A stretch of 32,000 bases of DNA, from the NCBI GenBank assembly GCA_002794465.1, contig MTSL01000101.1:78792-110791 (forward strand), in the 5' to 3' direction. Under the pieces are notes generated by a model. It did not search any database. It saw only the letters and a list, made by a program, of their open reading frames with translations, and had not been told where the DNA came from. Made by a program: the position numbers and the translations under genes. Positions 31,852-32,000 of this stretch are shown here, one piece after another. How positions within the stretch are numbered: position 1 is the first letter of the stretch; the number at the start of each line of letters is the position of its first letter. The DNA is from Paramicrosporidium saccamoebae KSL3 (taxonomy: Eukaryota > Fungi > Cryptomycota).

Positions 31852-32000
31852 ATGTTTCATTGTTTACGACGGCGCTATAGCGGATGGGTGGGCAAATTGA
31901 ATCATATTGCCATTGCGACCCGCGACGCTGCAGAGCATGTAAAGTTCTTTCGGGATGTCATGCGTCTACCTGTTAGCGAACGGAAGGTGTCAGTTTAAGC
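31852..32000 (+). CDS. MCEE: Methylmalonyl-CoA epimerase (VOC/glyoxalase fold), 5' fragment
   Basis: MFHCLRRRYSGWVGKLNHIAIATRDAAEHVKFFRDVMRLPVSE: presequence-like start plus G(K/R)LNH(I/V)AIA motif. Only ~45 codons are visible. Confidence 0.72.

Overview
Eukaryotic nuclear DNA from a very gene-dense, fungus-like genome. It has many 27-47-nt GT-AG introns and some intergenic gaps of 1-24 bp. This style, plus mitochondria-targeted proteins and autophagy/Rag genes, suggests an early-diverging lineage such as Rozellomycota or short-branch microsporidia (Paramicrosporidium-like); that assignment is inference. About 23 protein genes were reconstructed by manual splicing: GTR2/RagC, DUF1264, TRM9, SPC25, ATG10, PWP1, an MT-A70 protein, ESA1, a RING-H2 E3, ACOT9, URB2, a degenerate FolC/FOL3, ARF6, a PKA catalytic subunit, UBA3, HIRIP3-like, SGS1, a nuclear mitoribosomal uS3, the start of methylmalonyl-CoA epimerase, one orphan and three secreted paralogues. 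Main unexplained signals: (1) three divergent, signal-peptide-bearing paralogues in the first 8 kb that share an unrecognised, possibly macrodomain-like domain, one with a ~35-heptad acidic insert; (2) a dispersed repeat family with three colinear copies in the longest intergenic gaps; (3) an MT-A70 protein resembling the MTA9/AMT6-7 DNA-6mA subunit but retaining DPPF; (4) a RagC/D lacking the switch-II GQ; (5) nucleus-encoded rps3. No rRNA, tRNA, CRISPR array or intact transposon was recognised. Intron boundaries are manual predictions.
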